A DNA stretch of 64,000 nt from Chloroflexi bacterium B3_Chlor. GTDB lineage: Bacteria; Chloroflexota; Anaerolineae; UBA7937; B3-Chlor. The position numbers and the translations under genes were made by a program. Under the pieces are notes generated by a model. That model was not told the origin of the DNA, did not search any database, and was given only the letters and a program-made list of their open reading frames with translations. Below are positions 8,610 through 18,131 of the stretch, piece after piece; the stretch's first letter is position 1, and each line of letters begins with the position of its first letter. The stretch is taken from assembly GCA_005223035.1 (NCBI GenBank), contig NJBK01000007.1, forward strand, positions 24,276 to 88,275, written 5' to 3'.

Positions 8610-11219
8610 ATGGATTTGAACAGATTCACTGAAAAGGCCCAAGGAGCGGTTGTTGCCGCTCAGGAGTTGGCCAGAACTCATAATCACAGTCAGATAGATC
8701 CTGAACACCTGCTCTTGGCTCTGCTCAACCAGGAGGGTGGTATTGCTCCCCAGATCATGCGCAAGCTCGAGGTTGATCCGGGCTTGGTGAGGCAAAGGCT
8801 GGAGGAGGAACTGGGCAGGATGCCTCAAGTTCACGGGGCCGCTGCCCAGGTATACATCTCCCCCCGTGTGCAGCAGGTTTTTGGTGTCGCCACCGAAGAA
8901 GCAGGGCGTCTGCGAGATGAGTACATCTCGACGGAGCATCTGCTCATCGGGATCGCCGATGATCGCGCCAAGGGTGCTGCTTTCGAGATACTGAAGGATC
9001 TGGGTGTCACCCGGGAGAGCATCTACAAGGTGTTGACCAGCATCCGAGGTTCACAGCGGGTTACGGACGCCAATCCCGAGGGGAAATATCAGGCGCTGGA
9101 GAAGTACAGCCGTGACCTGACTCAGCTCGCGCGGCAGGGGAAACTGGACCCGGTCATAGGCCGCGACGACGAGATTCGCCGTGTGATCCAGGTTCTCTCT
9201 CGCCGCACCAAGAACAACCCGGTGCTCATCGGCGACCCTGGTGTCGGCAAGACAGCCATCGCGGAGGGGCTGGCTCAACGCGTTGTGCGGGGCGACGTTC
9301 CCGAAGGGCTCAAGGAGAAGCGGGTAGTGGCGCTCGATCTGGGGGCGCTGATCGCGGGGGCGAAGTTCCGCGGCGAGTTCGAGGAGCGGCTGAAGGCGGT
9401 GCTCAATGAGATAACTGAGTCTGAGGGGCAGATAATACTCTTCATAGATGAGCTGCACACCGTGGTGGGTGCGGGAGCGGCTCAGGGGGCCATGGACGCC
9501 AGTAATATGCTCAAGCCGATGCTGGCGCGCGGCGAGCTGCACGCTATCGGCGCGACCACGATCGATGAGTATCGCCAATACATAGAGAAGGACGCGGCTC
9601 TCGAGCGGCGCTTTCAGCCCATCCTGATCGATGAGCCAACGGTGGAGGAGACAATCTCCATCTTGCGAGGTCTGAAGGAAAGGTACGAGGTGCACCATGG
9701 GGTGCGCATTCAGGATTCGGCGGTTATCGCCGCTGCTACCTTGTCAGACAGGTACATAAGCGACCGTTTCTTGCCTGACAAGGCTATTGATCTTATAGAT
9801 GAGGCTGCTTCGAGGCTGCGCATGGAGATAGACAGCAAGCCGGCAGAACTGGACGAGATAGATCGAAAGATCATGCAGCTTGAGATCGAGCGGGAGGCCC
9901 TCAAGAAGGAGAAAGATGAGGCCTCCAAGGAAAGGTTGGATCGTCTGGAGAAGGAACTGGCCGAGCTCCAAGAGGAAAGCAATCGCATGAAAGCTCACTG
10001 GCAACTGGAGCGGGACGCGATCCAGGCTATTCGCCAGCAGAAGGAGAGAATAGAGCAAACCAAACTCGAGATGGAGCGGGCGGAGCGGCGCGCCGACCTG
10101 GAACAGGCAGCCCGTTTGCGATATGGCCAGTTGGCCGAGCTCGAAGCGCAGTTGAAGGAGAGTGAGACACGTTTGCGCGAACTCCAGGCAGATCAGCGCA
10201 TGTTGAAAGAGGAAGTAGATGCCGAAGACATTGCCGAGGTCGTGTCCAAGTGGACGAGCATTCCCGTCTCCAAACTGATGGAAGGCGAGGTGGAGAAGTT
10301 GCTGAAGATGGAGGAGCGGCTGCACCTGCGCGTCATCGGGCAGGATGAGGCGATCCAGGCCGTGGCGAACGCCGTACGCCGGGCGCGGGCTGGCTTGCAG
10401 GACCCGAACCGACCAATCGGCAGCTTCATCTTCCTGGGGCCCACCGGGGTGGGCAAGACGGAGCTGGGCAAGGCGTTGGCCGAGTTCCTCTTCGATGATG
10501 AGGAGAACATGGTCCGCCTGGACATGTCCGAATATCAGGAGCGCCACACTGTCGCCCGCCTCATCGGCGCACCTCCTGGCTATGTTGGCTATGAAGAAGG
10601 AGGTCAGCTAACCGAGGCAGTGCGGAGGAAGCCCTATTCGGTCATGCTCTTCGACGAGATGGAGAAGGCGCATCCAGAGGTGTTCAACGTCCTGTTACAG
10701 ATATTGGACGACGGACGGTTGACCGACGGTCAAGGCCGGGTCGTCAACTTCAAGAACACGGTGGTGATCATGACCTCCAACATTGGCAGCCAGTGGATAC
10801 GTGATCTGGCTGGTCGAGACGAGGAGCAGATGCGCAGCCGTGTCCTGGAAGCTCTGAACCAGCATTTCCGACCCGAGTTCCTCAACCGGGTTGACGAGAT
10901 CATCATCTTCCACTCGCTGTCGGTGGACGACTTGGTGCAGATAGTGGACATCCAGTTGGGCCACCTAGAGAAGCGCCTGGCAGATCACAAGATAACTTTG
11001 CATGTGACTGACGATGCCAAGCGGTATCTGGCAGAGGAGGGGTACGACCCCGTCTATGGCGCTCGGCCGCTGAAGAGGGTGATTCAGCGAGAGCTTCAAG
11101 ACCCCCTGGCCAAAGAGATTCTGGAGGGGAAGTTCAGCGACGGAGACGCGGTCAGGGTTGGCCTGCAGGACGGCCGGCTGCGCTTTGAGAAGGAAGCTGT
11201 GCTTGAGCACGTGGCATAG
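8610..11219 (+). CDS. clpB: ClpB disaggregase (two AAA+ modules, long coiled-coil M domain)
   Basis: 869 aa. It has a Clp_N repeat, two Walker A motifs (GDPGVGKTA; GPTGVGKTE) and a long coiled-coil between NBD1 and NBD2. There is no ClpP-docking loop. Confidence 0.95.
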   Translation: MDLNRFTEKAQGAVVAAQELARTHNHSQIDPEHLLLALLNQEGGIAPQIMRKLEVDPGLVRQRLEEELGRMPQVHGAAAQVYISPRVQQVFGVATEEAGRLRDEYISTEHLLIGIADDRAKGAAFEILKDLGVTRESIYKVLTSIRGSQRVTDANPEGKYQALEKYSRDLTQLARQGKLDPVIGRDDEIRRVIQVLSRRTKNNPVLIGDPGVGKTAIAEGLAQRVVRGDVPEGLKEKRVVALDLGALIAGAKFRGEFEERLKAVLNEITESEGQIILFIDELHTVVGAGAAQGAMDASNMLKPMLARGELHAIGATTIDEYRQYIEKDAALERRFQPILIDEPTVEETISILRGLKERYEVHHGVRIQDSAVIAAATLSDRYISDRFLPDKAIDLIDEAASRLRMEIDSKPAELDEIDRKIMQLEIEREALKKEKDEASKERLDRLEKELAELQEESNRMKAHWQLERDAIQAIRQQKERIEQTKLEMERAERRADLEQAARLRYGQLAELEAQLKESETRLRELQADQRMLKEEVDAEDIAEVVSKWTSIPVSKLMEGEVEKLLKMEERLHLRVIGQDEAIQAVANAVRRARAGLQDPNRPIGSFIFLGPTGVGKTELGKALAEFLFDDEENMVRLDMSEYQERHTVARLIGAPPGYVGYEEGGQLTEAVRRKPYSVMLFDEMEKAHPEVFNVLLQILDDGRLTDGQGRVVNFKNTVVIMTSNIGSQWIRDLAGRDEEQMRSRVLEALNQHFRPEFLNRVDEIIIFHSLSVDDLVQIVDIQLGHLEKRLADHKITLHVTDDAKRYLAEEGYDPVYGARPLKRVIQRELQDPLAKEILEGKFSDGDAVRVGLQDGRLRFEKEAVLEHVA

Positions 11220-11234
11220 AACCGACAACTTGAG

Positions 11235-11966
11235 ATGATACCGCTGGACAAGCAGGAGAGGTATAGAGACATCTACCGCAGCCTGCGGCCGGGGTATGAA
11301 GACAGTGTGGCCCTGTATGCGAGGCTGGTGGGGCGATATGTTACCCCGCAGACCACGGTGCTGGATGCCGGTTGCGGAAGAGGAGGGGTTATCGAACTCT
11401 ATTGGGAGAAGGTGAAGCAGGCGGTGGGGTTGGATGCCGATCTGCCATCTCTGATGGAACACCGCTGCCTGGAGGGATTGGTGAGAGGTGATCTGGAACG
11501 CCTACCCTTCCCATCCGTTTGCTTCGACCTCATCCTGTGCAGCTGGCTGATGGAGCATCTCACCACACCTGGCGTGGTATTCGAGGAACTGGCGCGCGTG
11601 TTGAGGCCCGGCGGTCATCTCGTGCTGCTGGCGCCCAACGTCTGGAACTACGTGACCTTAGGACAACGGCTGGCGCCTCGACGATTTCACAAATGGTTGA
11701 CACGCAGGATATACGGGCGTGACGAGAAGGACACGTTCCCTCTGGCATACCGGGCGAATACGCGACGCGCCCTCGACTCGAAGCTCAGGCGTGTGGGTTT
11801 GGTGAACGAGGAGTTTCATTTTGTGGGAGATCCCTCGTACGTAGCGGGGAACGATCTACTCTTCAGACTGGCTGTGTGGTGGGAGAGGATCACCGACTGG
11901 GGTCCCTTGCGCCACACGAAGGTGCATCTCGTGGCCTCGTATGTCAAGGTGCTGAGACAAGTCTAG
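11235..11966 (+). CDS. Class I SAM-dependent methyltransferase
   Basis: Motif I VLDAGCGRGG, then the acidic loop and LRPGGHLVL. The substrate cannot be inferred. Confidence 0.7.
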   Translation: MIPLDKQERYRDIYRSLRPGYEDSVALYARLVGRYVTPQTTVLDAGCGRGGVIELYWEKVKQAVGLDADLPSLMEHRCLEGLVRGDLERLPFPSVCFDLILCSWLMEHLTTPGVVFEELARVLRPGGHLVLLAPNVWNYVTLGQRLAPRRFHKWLTRRIYGRDEKDTFPLAYRANTRRALDSKLRRVGLVNEEFHFVGDPSYVAGNDLLFRLAVWWERITDWGPLRHTKVHLVASYVKVLRQV

Positions 11967-12105
11967 GGTGAGGTTGCCTCCATGGGGCCTTACTTTGTTG
12001 AGTCTTCCCTGTGAACGCCATTTTTCTGGTATAATATATGTGCAAGCTGTTGCGAGAAATCGCTCCCCCGAGAGAGTCAATCTAGGGGAGAAGGAGTGAG
12101 TGACC

Positions 12106-14568
12106 ATGATGCGGTTTGACCGTTTTACCGAGCGGGCTCAGGACGCCATCGCCCGCTCTCAGGAGATACTTCAACGGTACGGACATAGCCAGCTGGATAC
12201 GGAGCATCTGCTCCTAGCTATGGTGGAGCAGCCTCAAGGGGTCATCTCCGAGATACTGACCAAGCTGGGGGTAGACGTAGAGGCGCTTGCGGGCCGTCTC
12301 GACGAGTTGCTGCAGTCCACTCGTTCCAGCTACGCACCGAGTGGCACTGGGACAACGCCCACTCAGCTCTTCGTCACGCCTCGGCTGAATCGGCTCATCT
12401 ACGTGGCGGGCGAGGAGGCAAGGCGGCTCGGCGATGAGTATGTCTCCACAGAGCACATCTTCTTGGCTGTACTGGGTGTTGGAGGTGGAGCAGCCTCCAT
12501 ACTGGGGGACATGGGTGTGGACAGAGACAAGGCCCAGGCGGCCATCGAAGAGATACGCGACGGGCAGAAAGTGACCGACCCCCGGGCCGAAACGCGGTAT
12601 CGCGTGCTGGAGAAGTACGGGCGCGACCTCACCCAATTGGCCGAGGAAGGCGGGCTGGACCCGGTCATAGGCCGCGCGGAGGAGATCATGCGCTTGATGC
12701 GCATTCTCGTGCGACGGACCAAGAACAATCCGGTGCTAATCGGCGACGCGGGGGTCGGCAAGACGGCCATTGTGGAGGGTCTGGCCCAGAGGATCGTGTC
12801 GGACGACGTTCCAGAGAATCTCATCGGCAAGCGGATTGTCGAGCTAGACTTGGGGAGCATGGTGGCTGGTTCCCGCTTCCGGGGCGAGTTCGAGGAACGG
12901 CTGAAGGCGTCTATGGACGAGATCCAACGGTCCAAGGGCGAGATCATCCTTTTCATAGACGAATTGCAGAACGTGGTGGGAGCTGGTGCCGCCCAGGGGG
13001 CGATTGATGCCTCCAGCATGATGAAACCGGCCCTGGCTCGGGGTGAACTGCAGACCATTGGGACCGCAACGCTCGACCAGTATCGTAACCACATCGAGCG
13101 GGACACGGCCCTGGAGCGACGTTTTGCCCCAGTGTACGTGAAGGAGCCCACGGTGGAAGAGACCATTGAGATGCTGCGGATGCTGTGTGAGCGATACGAA
13201 GAACACCACGGCGTGCGGATAACCGATGAAGCGCTGGAGGCTGCGGCCAGGTTGTCCCACCGCTACGTGAAAGAGAGGCACCTCCCAGACAAGGCTGTTG
13301 ATCTGATAGACGAGGCGGCTGCCAAGCTGCGCATAGATATGTATGGTTTGCCGCCGGACTTGAAGGACAAGAAGATCAGCTTGAGACGGTTGCAGGGCCA
13401 GGAGGAAGAAGCTGGGCAGACACGCGACTGGGAACGCGCGGCCAGCCTCAGGAGCAAGCGGCTGGCGTTTGAGCGAGAGTATGAAGAGGAGGTGACCGCC
13501 TGGCGGAGCGAGCAGGGGCTGGATGACGTGGTGGACGAAGAGGATGTGGCTCAGGTGATTGCCAGCTGGACGGGAATCCCGGTGAGCCGGATGCTGGAAA
13601 CAGAGGCCAAGAAGCTCTTGGAGATGGAGGAGCGTATCCATCAACGCATAGTGGGCCAAGCTGAGGCGGTTGCTGCGGTGTCCGACGCGATACGGCGGGC
13701 GCGATCCGGACTGAAGGACCCCCATCGCCCGATAGGTTCCTTTATCTTCCTTGGCTCGACGGGGGTGGGCAAGACTGAACTGAGCAAAGCACTGGCGGAG
13801 TTTCTCTTCGATGACGAGGACGCCATGGTGCGGGTTGATATGAGCGAGTATCAGGAGCGTCACACGGTCTCGCGATTGGTTGGTGCGCCCCCGGGTTACA
13901 TCGGTTACGGCGAGGGGGGGCAGTTGACCGAGGCGGTGCGGCGCCGCCCGTACCAGGTCGTTCTCTTCGATGAGATAGAGAAGGCCCACCAGGATGTGTG
14001 GAACGCCTTGCTTCAGATCCTCGAGGAAGGGCGGATGACGGATGCTCAGGGTCGAACGGTGGACTTTCAGAATACTGTGGTAATCATGACCTCCAACGTG
14101 GGCACCAGCTTCACCCAGCGGGATGGCCCCCTGGGCTTTCGCGCCGGCGACCGAGAGGACGAACGGGTAATCGCGGACGAGAGAATACGAGAGGAGCTGA
14201 AGAGGACCTTCCGGCCAGAGTTCTTGAACAGGGTGGACGACATCATCATCTTCCACGATCTGGCTCTGGATCACATCAGGGAAATCGTCGATCTGCAGAT
14301 GCGTGACATCCAAGACCGACTATCGGAGCATGGGATCACTATCGAGTTGACGGAGGCTGCCAGGGACTGGTTAGCCGATGAGGGATACGATCCCAAGTTC
14401 GGAGCCCGTCCTTTGCGGCGCACGCTGCAACGCCAGGTGGAGACGCCCCTATCCAGGAAGCTCCTGCAAGGCGAGCTAGAATCGGGCGACACCGTCCTGG
14501 TGGACGCTGACCCCGAGAAGGGCATAGAGTTCGAGACGAAGGGCAAGAAGCGCAAGACGAAGAAGTGA
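12106..14568 (+). CDS. clpC: ClpC-type AAA+ ATPase (Clp_N, UVR-like insert, ClpP-docking loop)
   Basis: It has two Walker A motifs (GDAGVGKTA; GSTGVGKTE), a short UVR-like linker ([14 protein letters not shown]) and a PLGF loop ([10 protein letters not shown]). ATG at 12106 with RBS AAGGAG; the track start 12100 is a GTG. Confidence 0.85.
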   Translation: MMRFDRFTERAQDAIARSQEILQRYGHSQLDTEHLLLAMVEQPQGVISEILTKLGVDVEALAGRLDELLQSTRSSYAPSGTGTTPTQLFVTPRLNRLIYVAGEEARRLGDEYVSTEHIFLAVLGVGGGAASILGDMGVDRDKAQAAIEEIRDGQKVTDPRAETRYRVLEKYGRDLTQLAEEGGLDPVIGRAEEIMRLMRILVRRTKNNPVLIGDAGVGKTAIVEGLAQRIVSDDVPENLIGKRIVELDLGSMVAGSRFRGEFEERLKASMDEIQRSKGEIILFIDELQNVVGAGAAQGAIDASSMMKPALARGELQTIGTATLDQYRNHIERDTALERRFAPVYVKEPTVEETIEMLRMLCERYEEHHGVRITDEALEAAARLSHRYVKERHLPDKAVDLIDEAAAKLRIDMYGLPPDLKDKKISLRRLQGQEEEAGQTRDWERAASLRSKRLAFEREYEEEVTAWRSEQGLDDVVDEEDVAQVIASWTGIPVSRMLETEAKKLLEMEERIHQRIVGQAEAVAAVSDAIRRARSGLKDPHRPIGSFIFLGSTGVGKTELSKALAEFLFDDEDAMVRVDMSEYQERHTVSRLVGAPPGYIGYGEGGQLTEAVRRRPYQVVLFDEIEKAHQDVWNALLQILEEGRMTDAQGRTVDFQNTVVIMTSNVGTSFTQRDGPLGFRAGDREDERVIADERIREELKRTFRPEFLNRVDDIIIFHDLALDHIREIVDLQMRDIQDRLSEHGITIELTEAARDWLADEGYDPKFGARPLRRTLQRQVETPLSRKLLQGELESGDTVLVDADPEKGIEFETKGKKRKTKK

Positions 14569-14930
14569 GCTGGGCGGTTGCAGCCGTCAACTGCCTCTGC
14601 GTGAAGAACAACGAAGAGGAGTCATTGCCGACTCCTCTTCTGCGTTGGACAGACGGCAATCATGTCATCGTGGGACAGGTTGCCAACCCGTCCTACGGTC
14701 CCAGGATCAGCAGCGCCCCGAACTCAACATGTACATGGGACCATCTTGCTGTTGAGACCCGGGGCCGCACAGCAGAAGGTCCCCGTGTGCCACGAAAAGC
14801 GACATGCGTTGCTCGCGTTCAGCACAGTTCAGAGCTATGATTGTATCGTGGTCCCGGGTGATATGGGAAGCCGCACCCCTCAGCACAGGAGCAGCATTGC
14901 ATGCGTGTGCTCTTCATGTTGAAGCGGTGA
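14395..14930 (+). repeat. Junction copy A: clpC 3' end, hairpin, 27-nt palindrome, decayed promoter and a 9-codon radical-SAM 5' remnant
   Basis: Aligned by eye to 15780-16340. Matching blocks are the ClpC tail, the hairpin, ggacaggttgccaacc(c/t)gtcctacggt, ttcagag(c/a)tatgattgt and catgcgtgtgct(c/g)ttcatgttgaagc. The remnant ORF MRVLFMLKR* lies at 14901-14930. Confidence 0.7.
14613..14640 (+). terminator. Stem-loop after clpC (11-bp perfect stem, 6-nt loop, no U-tract)
   Basis: gaagaggagtc-attgcc-gactcctcttc. A paralogous hairpin occupies the equivalent position of the duplicated junction at 16022-16049. Confidence 0.55.
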
Positions 14931-15029
14931 CCAGGAACGGTTGATGAACAATGATGCGAACCATCTGGGATTTGGCGGGATAGCCAAGCTCCCGAATATC
15001 CTGCAAGAGACATCTGAGAGGAGGAGATC

Positions 15030-15746
15030 ATGGCCGAGCAAGCCAATCTCGAGCACCCTCAGCGCATTGAGCCAGAGATGGTCTTGATCCGTGCCGGCGA
15101 GTTTCTGATGGGTGCAGACACGGGGACGGACGACAGCCCGATTCACGAAGTGTACATAGACGTCTTCCATATAGACAAATTCGAGGTAACCAACGCCCAG
15201 TATCTCGACTTCTGTGGCGATACGGGCTGGAGGCTGCCGGAGTTCTGGGGTATGGAGGTATTCCACAGCACGTTGGACTTTCCGAACCATCCCGTTGTCG
15301 GGGTTAGCTGGAGCGATGCTAAGGCCTACGGAGAATGGGCCGGCAAGAGGCTTCCCACAGAGGCGGAGTGGGAGTATGCTGCCAGGGGCGCCCTCATCGG
15401 CATGATCTATCCCCACGGCGACACCATCGATCCATCCTTGGCGAACTACCGCTGGTCAGGGATAGGGGGAACCGTTCCTGTTGGAAGTTACCCACCAAAT
15501 GGATTTGGTCTCCATGACATGGCGGGAAATGTCGTCGAGTGGGTCGCGGACTGTTACAGTGCGGACTACTACAAGATCAGCCCGCTGAGAAATCCGGAAG
15601 GGCCCGAGAAGGGCAAGCTTCGCGTGATTCGGGGTGGGGGGTGGCACTCCGGGCCATCCTGCAACCGGGCTCACTTCCGAAACGCCTTGCCAGCCAATTG
15701 GAAGGATTTCGCCGTCGGCTTTCGCTGTGCCAGGGATCATCGTTAG
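15030..15746 (+). CDS. Formylglycine-generating enzyme (SUMF1/FGE) family protein
   Basis: 238 aa with the FGE-sulfatase domain pattern (MVLI.AGEFLMG...V.V..F.IDKFEVTN.QY..F...P.FW...HPVVGVSW.DA.AY..WAGKRLPTE.EWEYAARG...GN..EW..D...R..RGG.W). RBS GAGGAGGAG. Confidence 0.85.
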   Translation: MAEQANLEHPQRIEPEMVLIRAGEFLMGADTGTDDSPIHEVYIDVFHIDKFEVTNAQYLDFCGDTGWRLPEFWGMEVFHSTLDFPNHPVVGVSWSDAKAYGEWAGKRLPTEAEWEYAARGALIGMIYPHGDTIDPSLANYRWSGIGGTVPVGSYPPNGFGLHDMAGNVVEWVADCYSADYYKISPLRNPEGPEKGKLRVIRGGGWHSGPSCNRAHFRNALPANWKDFAVGFRCARDHR

Positions 15747-15779
15747 CAGACCGCGGCGGGGCAGGGCACGCGAGTAGGC

Positions 15780-15967
15780 ATGCGGCGCCGTCCATACCAG
15801 CTGGCGCTCCTCGATCATGGGGAGCTTGAGGCAGGCGAGGGGTTGAGCTACCGAGGAAGCTCCTGCGCCGCCAACTGCAGGCAGGCTAGATGGTGGTCGT
15901 GGATGCTGACCCGGAGGGGGCCATCAGGTTTGACAAGAAGGGGAAGAAACGCAGGGCGAAGAGGTGA
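15780..15967 (+). pseudogene. Degenerate remnant of a Clp ATPase 3' end
   Basis: Frames with stops and shifts still read ..LALLDHGELEAGEGL.. and ..VVVDADPEGAIRFDKKGKKRRAKR*. The intact ClpC reads ..[37 protein letters not shown]. Confidence 0.65.
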
Positions 15968-16221
15968 GCTGAGTTTCTTCCGTGACTATCCTTTGCCATT
16001 GAGGCAACTGCGAGGAGGAGTGGAGAACCACTCCTCTTCTTCAGTACGGACCCATGCGTAGGACAGGTTGCCAACCTGTCCTACGGTTGTCATGTTCTTG
16101 GCCGTGGAGACCGGGGTCACCACTGCATGAGGCTCGCCATCCATCTGACATTGGCAGGCAAGAGGGCCATCGTGGCAACGACGATTCCCTCCGTTTGCCG
16201 GAGGCGAACTAGATACATAGC

Positions 16222-16250
16222 TTGACTCCTGCACGATTCAGAGATATGAT
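16222..16250 (+). promoter_or_regulatory. Sigma70-type promoter for the radical SAM gene (TTGACT-N17-TATGAT)
   Basis: TTGACT 16222-16227 and TATGAT 16245-16250. In copy A the -10 is conserved but the -35 has decayed (TCGCGT). Confidence 0.55.
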
Positions 16251-16309
16251 TGTTTCATAGCTCGGGTTTCCTTCGGGAGTTGGGAGCCCCCCGGTGGGAG
16301 AAGTCTTCC

Positions 16310-17728
16310 ATGCGTGTGCTGTTCATGTTGAAGCAGGTGGACTACGAACCTCAAGGCATACTGCACCTATCAAGCGTCCTGAAGGAGGCTGGACACGAGG
16401 TCAGGCTTTGCATCATTAGCCAAGAGGACCCCATCGCGGCAACTGGAGAGTTCAATCCGGGCATAGTGGGCTACAGCGTCACCACTGGGTCCCATAAGTA
16501 CTACCTTGAGTTGAACAGGCACATCAAGGAAAGATTCGACGTCTTCTCTGTCTTCGGCGGCCCGCATCCTACCTTCTTTCCGGAGATGATCGAGGAGGAA
16601 GGGGTGGACGGCATCTGTATCGGCGAGGGGGAAGGGGCCATGCTGGACCTCGCCGAGGCGCTGGAGAATGGGGCGCTGGAACCCAATATTCGCAACTGGT
16701 GGTTCGAGGTAAACGGCGAGGTGGTGCGAAACCCGGTGCGACCCTACGTCGAGGATCTCGACAGCTTGCCTTTCCCTGACCGGGGACTGGTCTACGAGCA
16801 GCATCGGCCGACGCGAAACAGCAAGATCAAGCACTTCTTCAGCGGCAGAGGTTGTCCCTACGACTGCACCTACTGCTTCAACCATGCGCTATTCGAGATC
16901 TACAAGGGGCAAGGGCGGCGCGTCCGCAAGCGGAGTGTGGACGTCGTCTTGGCGGAGATCACCGATGTGCGGGAGAGATACCCCCTGACCTTTGTGGTTT
17001 TCCTGGACGACACCTTCACCATTCGCGGGGACTGGATGGCTGAGTTCGCCGAGAAGTACCCCAGTCGCGTTGGCCTGCCTTTCTTCTGCAACGTGCGGGC
17101 CAACCTGGTGACAGAGGAGCTCGTGGAGCAGTTACGACATGCTGGTTGCGTGAGCGTGGGGATGGGCATCGAGGCGGCAAACGACCGCATCCGTAACGAG
17201 ATTCTGCGGCGCAACATGAGCCAGGAGCAGATAGTGAAGGCCTGCGAGATGCTGACGCGAGCAGGCATCAGTGTAATGAGCACCAACATGGTGGGCCTGC
17301 CGACCGGCGGCCTCGAGGATGACCTGGAGACCCTGAGACTGAATATCAAATGTCGGCCTGCTTTCGCCAACGCCTTTATCTTCCAGCCTTATCCGCGCAC
17401 TCAGCTGGGGGAGTTGGCGCGCCGCGAGGGGCTGGTGGAAGGCACCTTGGATGATATCTCCGTCTCGGCCTGGGACAGTTCTGTGCTCCGCTTTCCCCCG
17501 GATGAGAAGCGGCAGATAGAAAACCTGCAGAAGCTGTTCGCCATCACAGTGGAATGGCCGTGGCTCTTGCCCCTCGTGCGTCGGCTGCTAGTACTGCCCA
17601 AGAACAGGATCTTCTGGCTGGTACACAAACTCTGGAAAGGATATACCATTGCCAGGAGGACTCACCCCGTACGTCTTTCCTTCAGAGAGTATCTGGAGGC
17701 GACAAGGCACTTCATGAAACTCGAATAG
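16310..17728 (+). CDS. B12-binding-domain radical SAM protein (class B rSAM), substrate unknown
   Basis: N-terminal B12-binding fold (MRVLFMLKQVDYEPQGILHLSSVLKEAGHEV) and a CxxxCxxC cluster motif (GRGCPYDCTYC). I prefer ATG 16310 (RBS GGGAG) over the track start 16250. Confidence 0.8.
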   Translation: MRVLFMLKQVDYEPQGILHLSSVLKEAGHEVRLCIISQEDPIAATGEFNPGIVGYSVTTGSHKYYLELNRHIKERFDVFSVFGGPHPTFFPEMIEEEGVDGICIGEGEGAMLDLAEALENGALEPNIRNWWFEVNGEVVRNPVRPYVEDLDSLPFPDRGLVYEQHRPTRNSKIKHFFSGRGCPYDCTYCFNHALFEIYKGQGRRVRKRSVDVVLAEITDVRERYPLTFVVFLDDTFTIRGDWMAEFAEKYPSRVGLPFFCNVRANLVTEELVEQLRHAGCVSVGMGIEAANDRIRNEILRRNMSQEQIVKACEMLTRAGISVMSTNMVGLPTGGLEDDLETLRLNIKCRPAFANAFIFQPYPRTQLGELARREGLVEGTLDDISVSAWDSSVLRFPPDEKRQIENLQKLFAITVEWPWLLPLVRRLLVLPKNRIFWLVHKLWKGYTIARRTHPVRLSFREYLEATRHFMKLE

Positions 17729-17808
17729 TGCCCATTTTGGCTGACCTGTCGGGTGACGCGAGGCACCGCGATTGACTCACTGTCCAGGAGTGGGGGTCGG
17801 GATTCGCG

Positions 17809-18051
17809 GTGCAGGCAGAGGGGAAAAGGACTGGGGCTGACGTGGCGACTTACAAAGTGGGAGACAAAGTTTCGCCGTTTCAGGTCAACAGGCACAAGCT
17901 ACGGGGCGAGATTGTGGAAATGCGGCGCTGGGGCCGAGGCTACAGTTGCCACGTACGCTGGGATCCAGAACTGTGGCGCTTGAATGGGAAAAAACATCCT
18001 CAAGAGGGCTGGTATCCCCAAACCAAGCTGTGGCCTGCAAAGCCAGAATAG
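17809..18051 (+). CDS. Hypothetical small protein (possible SH3-like barrel)
   Basis: 80-aa ORF. An internal GTG start (VATYKVGDKVSPFQ...) is also possible. No family recognised. Confidence 0.25.
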   Translation: MQAEGKRTGADVATYKVGDKVSPFQVNRHKLRGEIVEMRRWGRGYSCHVRWDPELWRLNGKKHPQEGWYPQTKLWPAKPE

Positions 18052-18131
18052 CTGTGCGTTGTGGGGGCAGGTCTCACGCGTTAGGGGGATAGGCAGCTAG
18101 AGTGCATGATCTACTTGATGGGAGGTAGTGT

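Larger units (their letters stand above)
15780..16340 (+). repeat. Junction copy B: Clp 3' remnant, hairpin, palindrome, intact promoter and the true radical-SAM start
   Basis: See copy A. The hairpin at 16022-16049 (gaggaggagtgg-agaa-ccactcctcttc) keeps pairing through compensatory changes. Confidence 0.7.

Noticed and set aside
12844-14313. Long antisense ORFs inside bona fide genes. Examples: 12844-14313(-), 12399-13166(-), 9051-9698(-), 9744-10547(-), 2292-2993(-), 32220-33251(+), 7176-8066(-), 24748-25647(-), 21713-22636(-), 60001-61182(+), 37108-37899(+), 38442-39215(+)
   Set aside because: They lie opposite or out of frame to genes with unmistakable family motifs. Their translations are Arg/Pro/Gly/His-rich with low complexity, and they lack an RBS. 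These are typical shadow ORFs of GC-rich DNA.
15030-17728. FGE-family protein plus B12-radical SAM enzyme as a RiPP or sulfatase-maturation cluster
   Set aside because: The flanking spacers show no precursor-peptide-like small ORF, no sulfatase and no transporter or protease. The duplication footprint indicates the two genes became neighbours by a rearrangement, so functional linkage is not supported.
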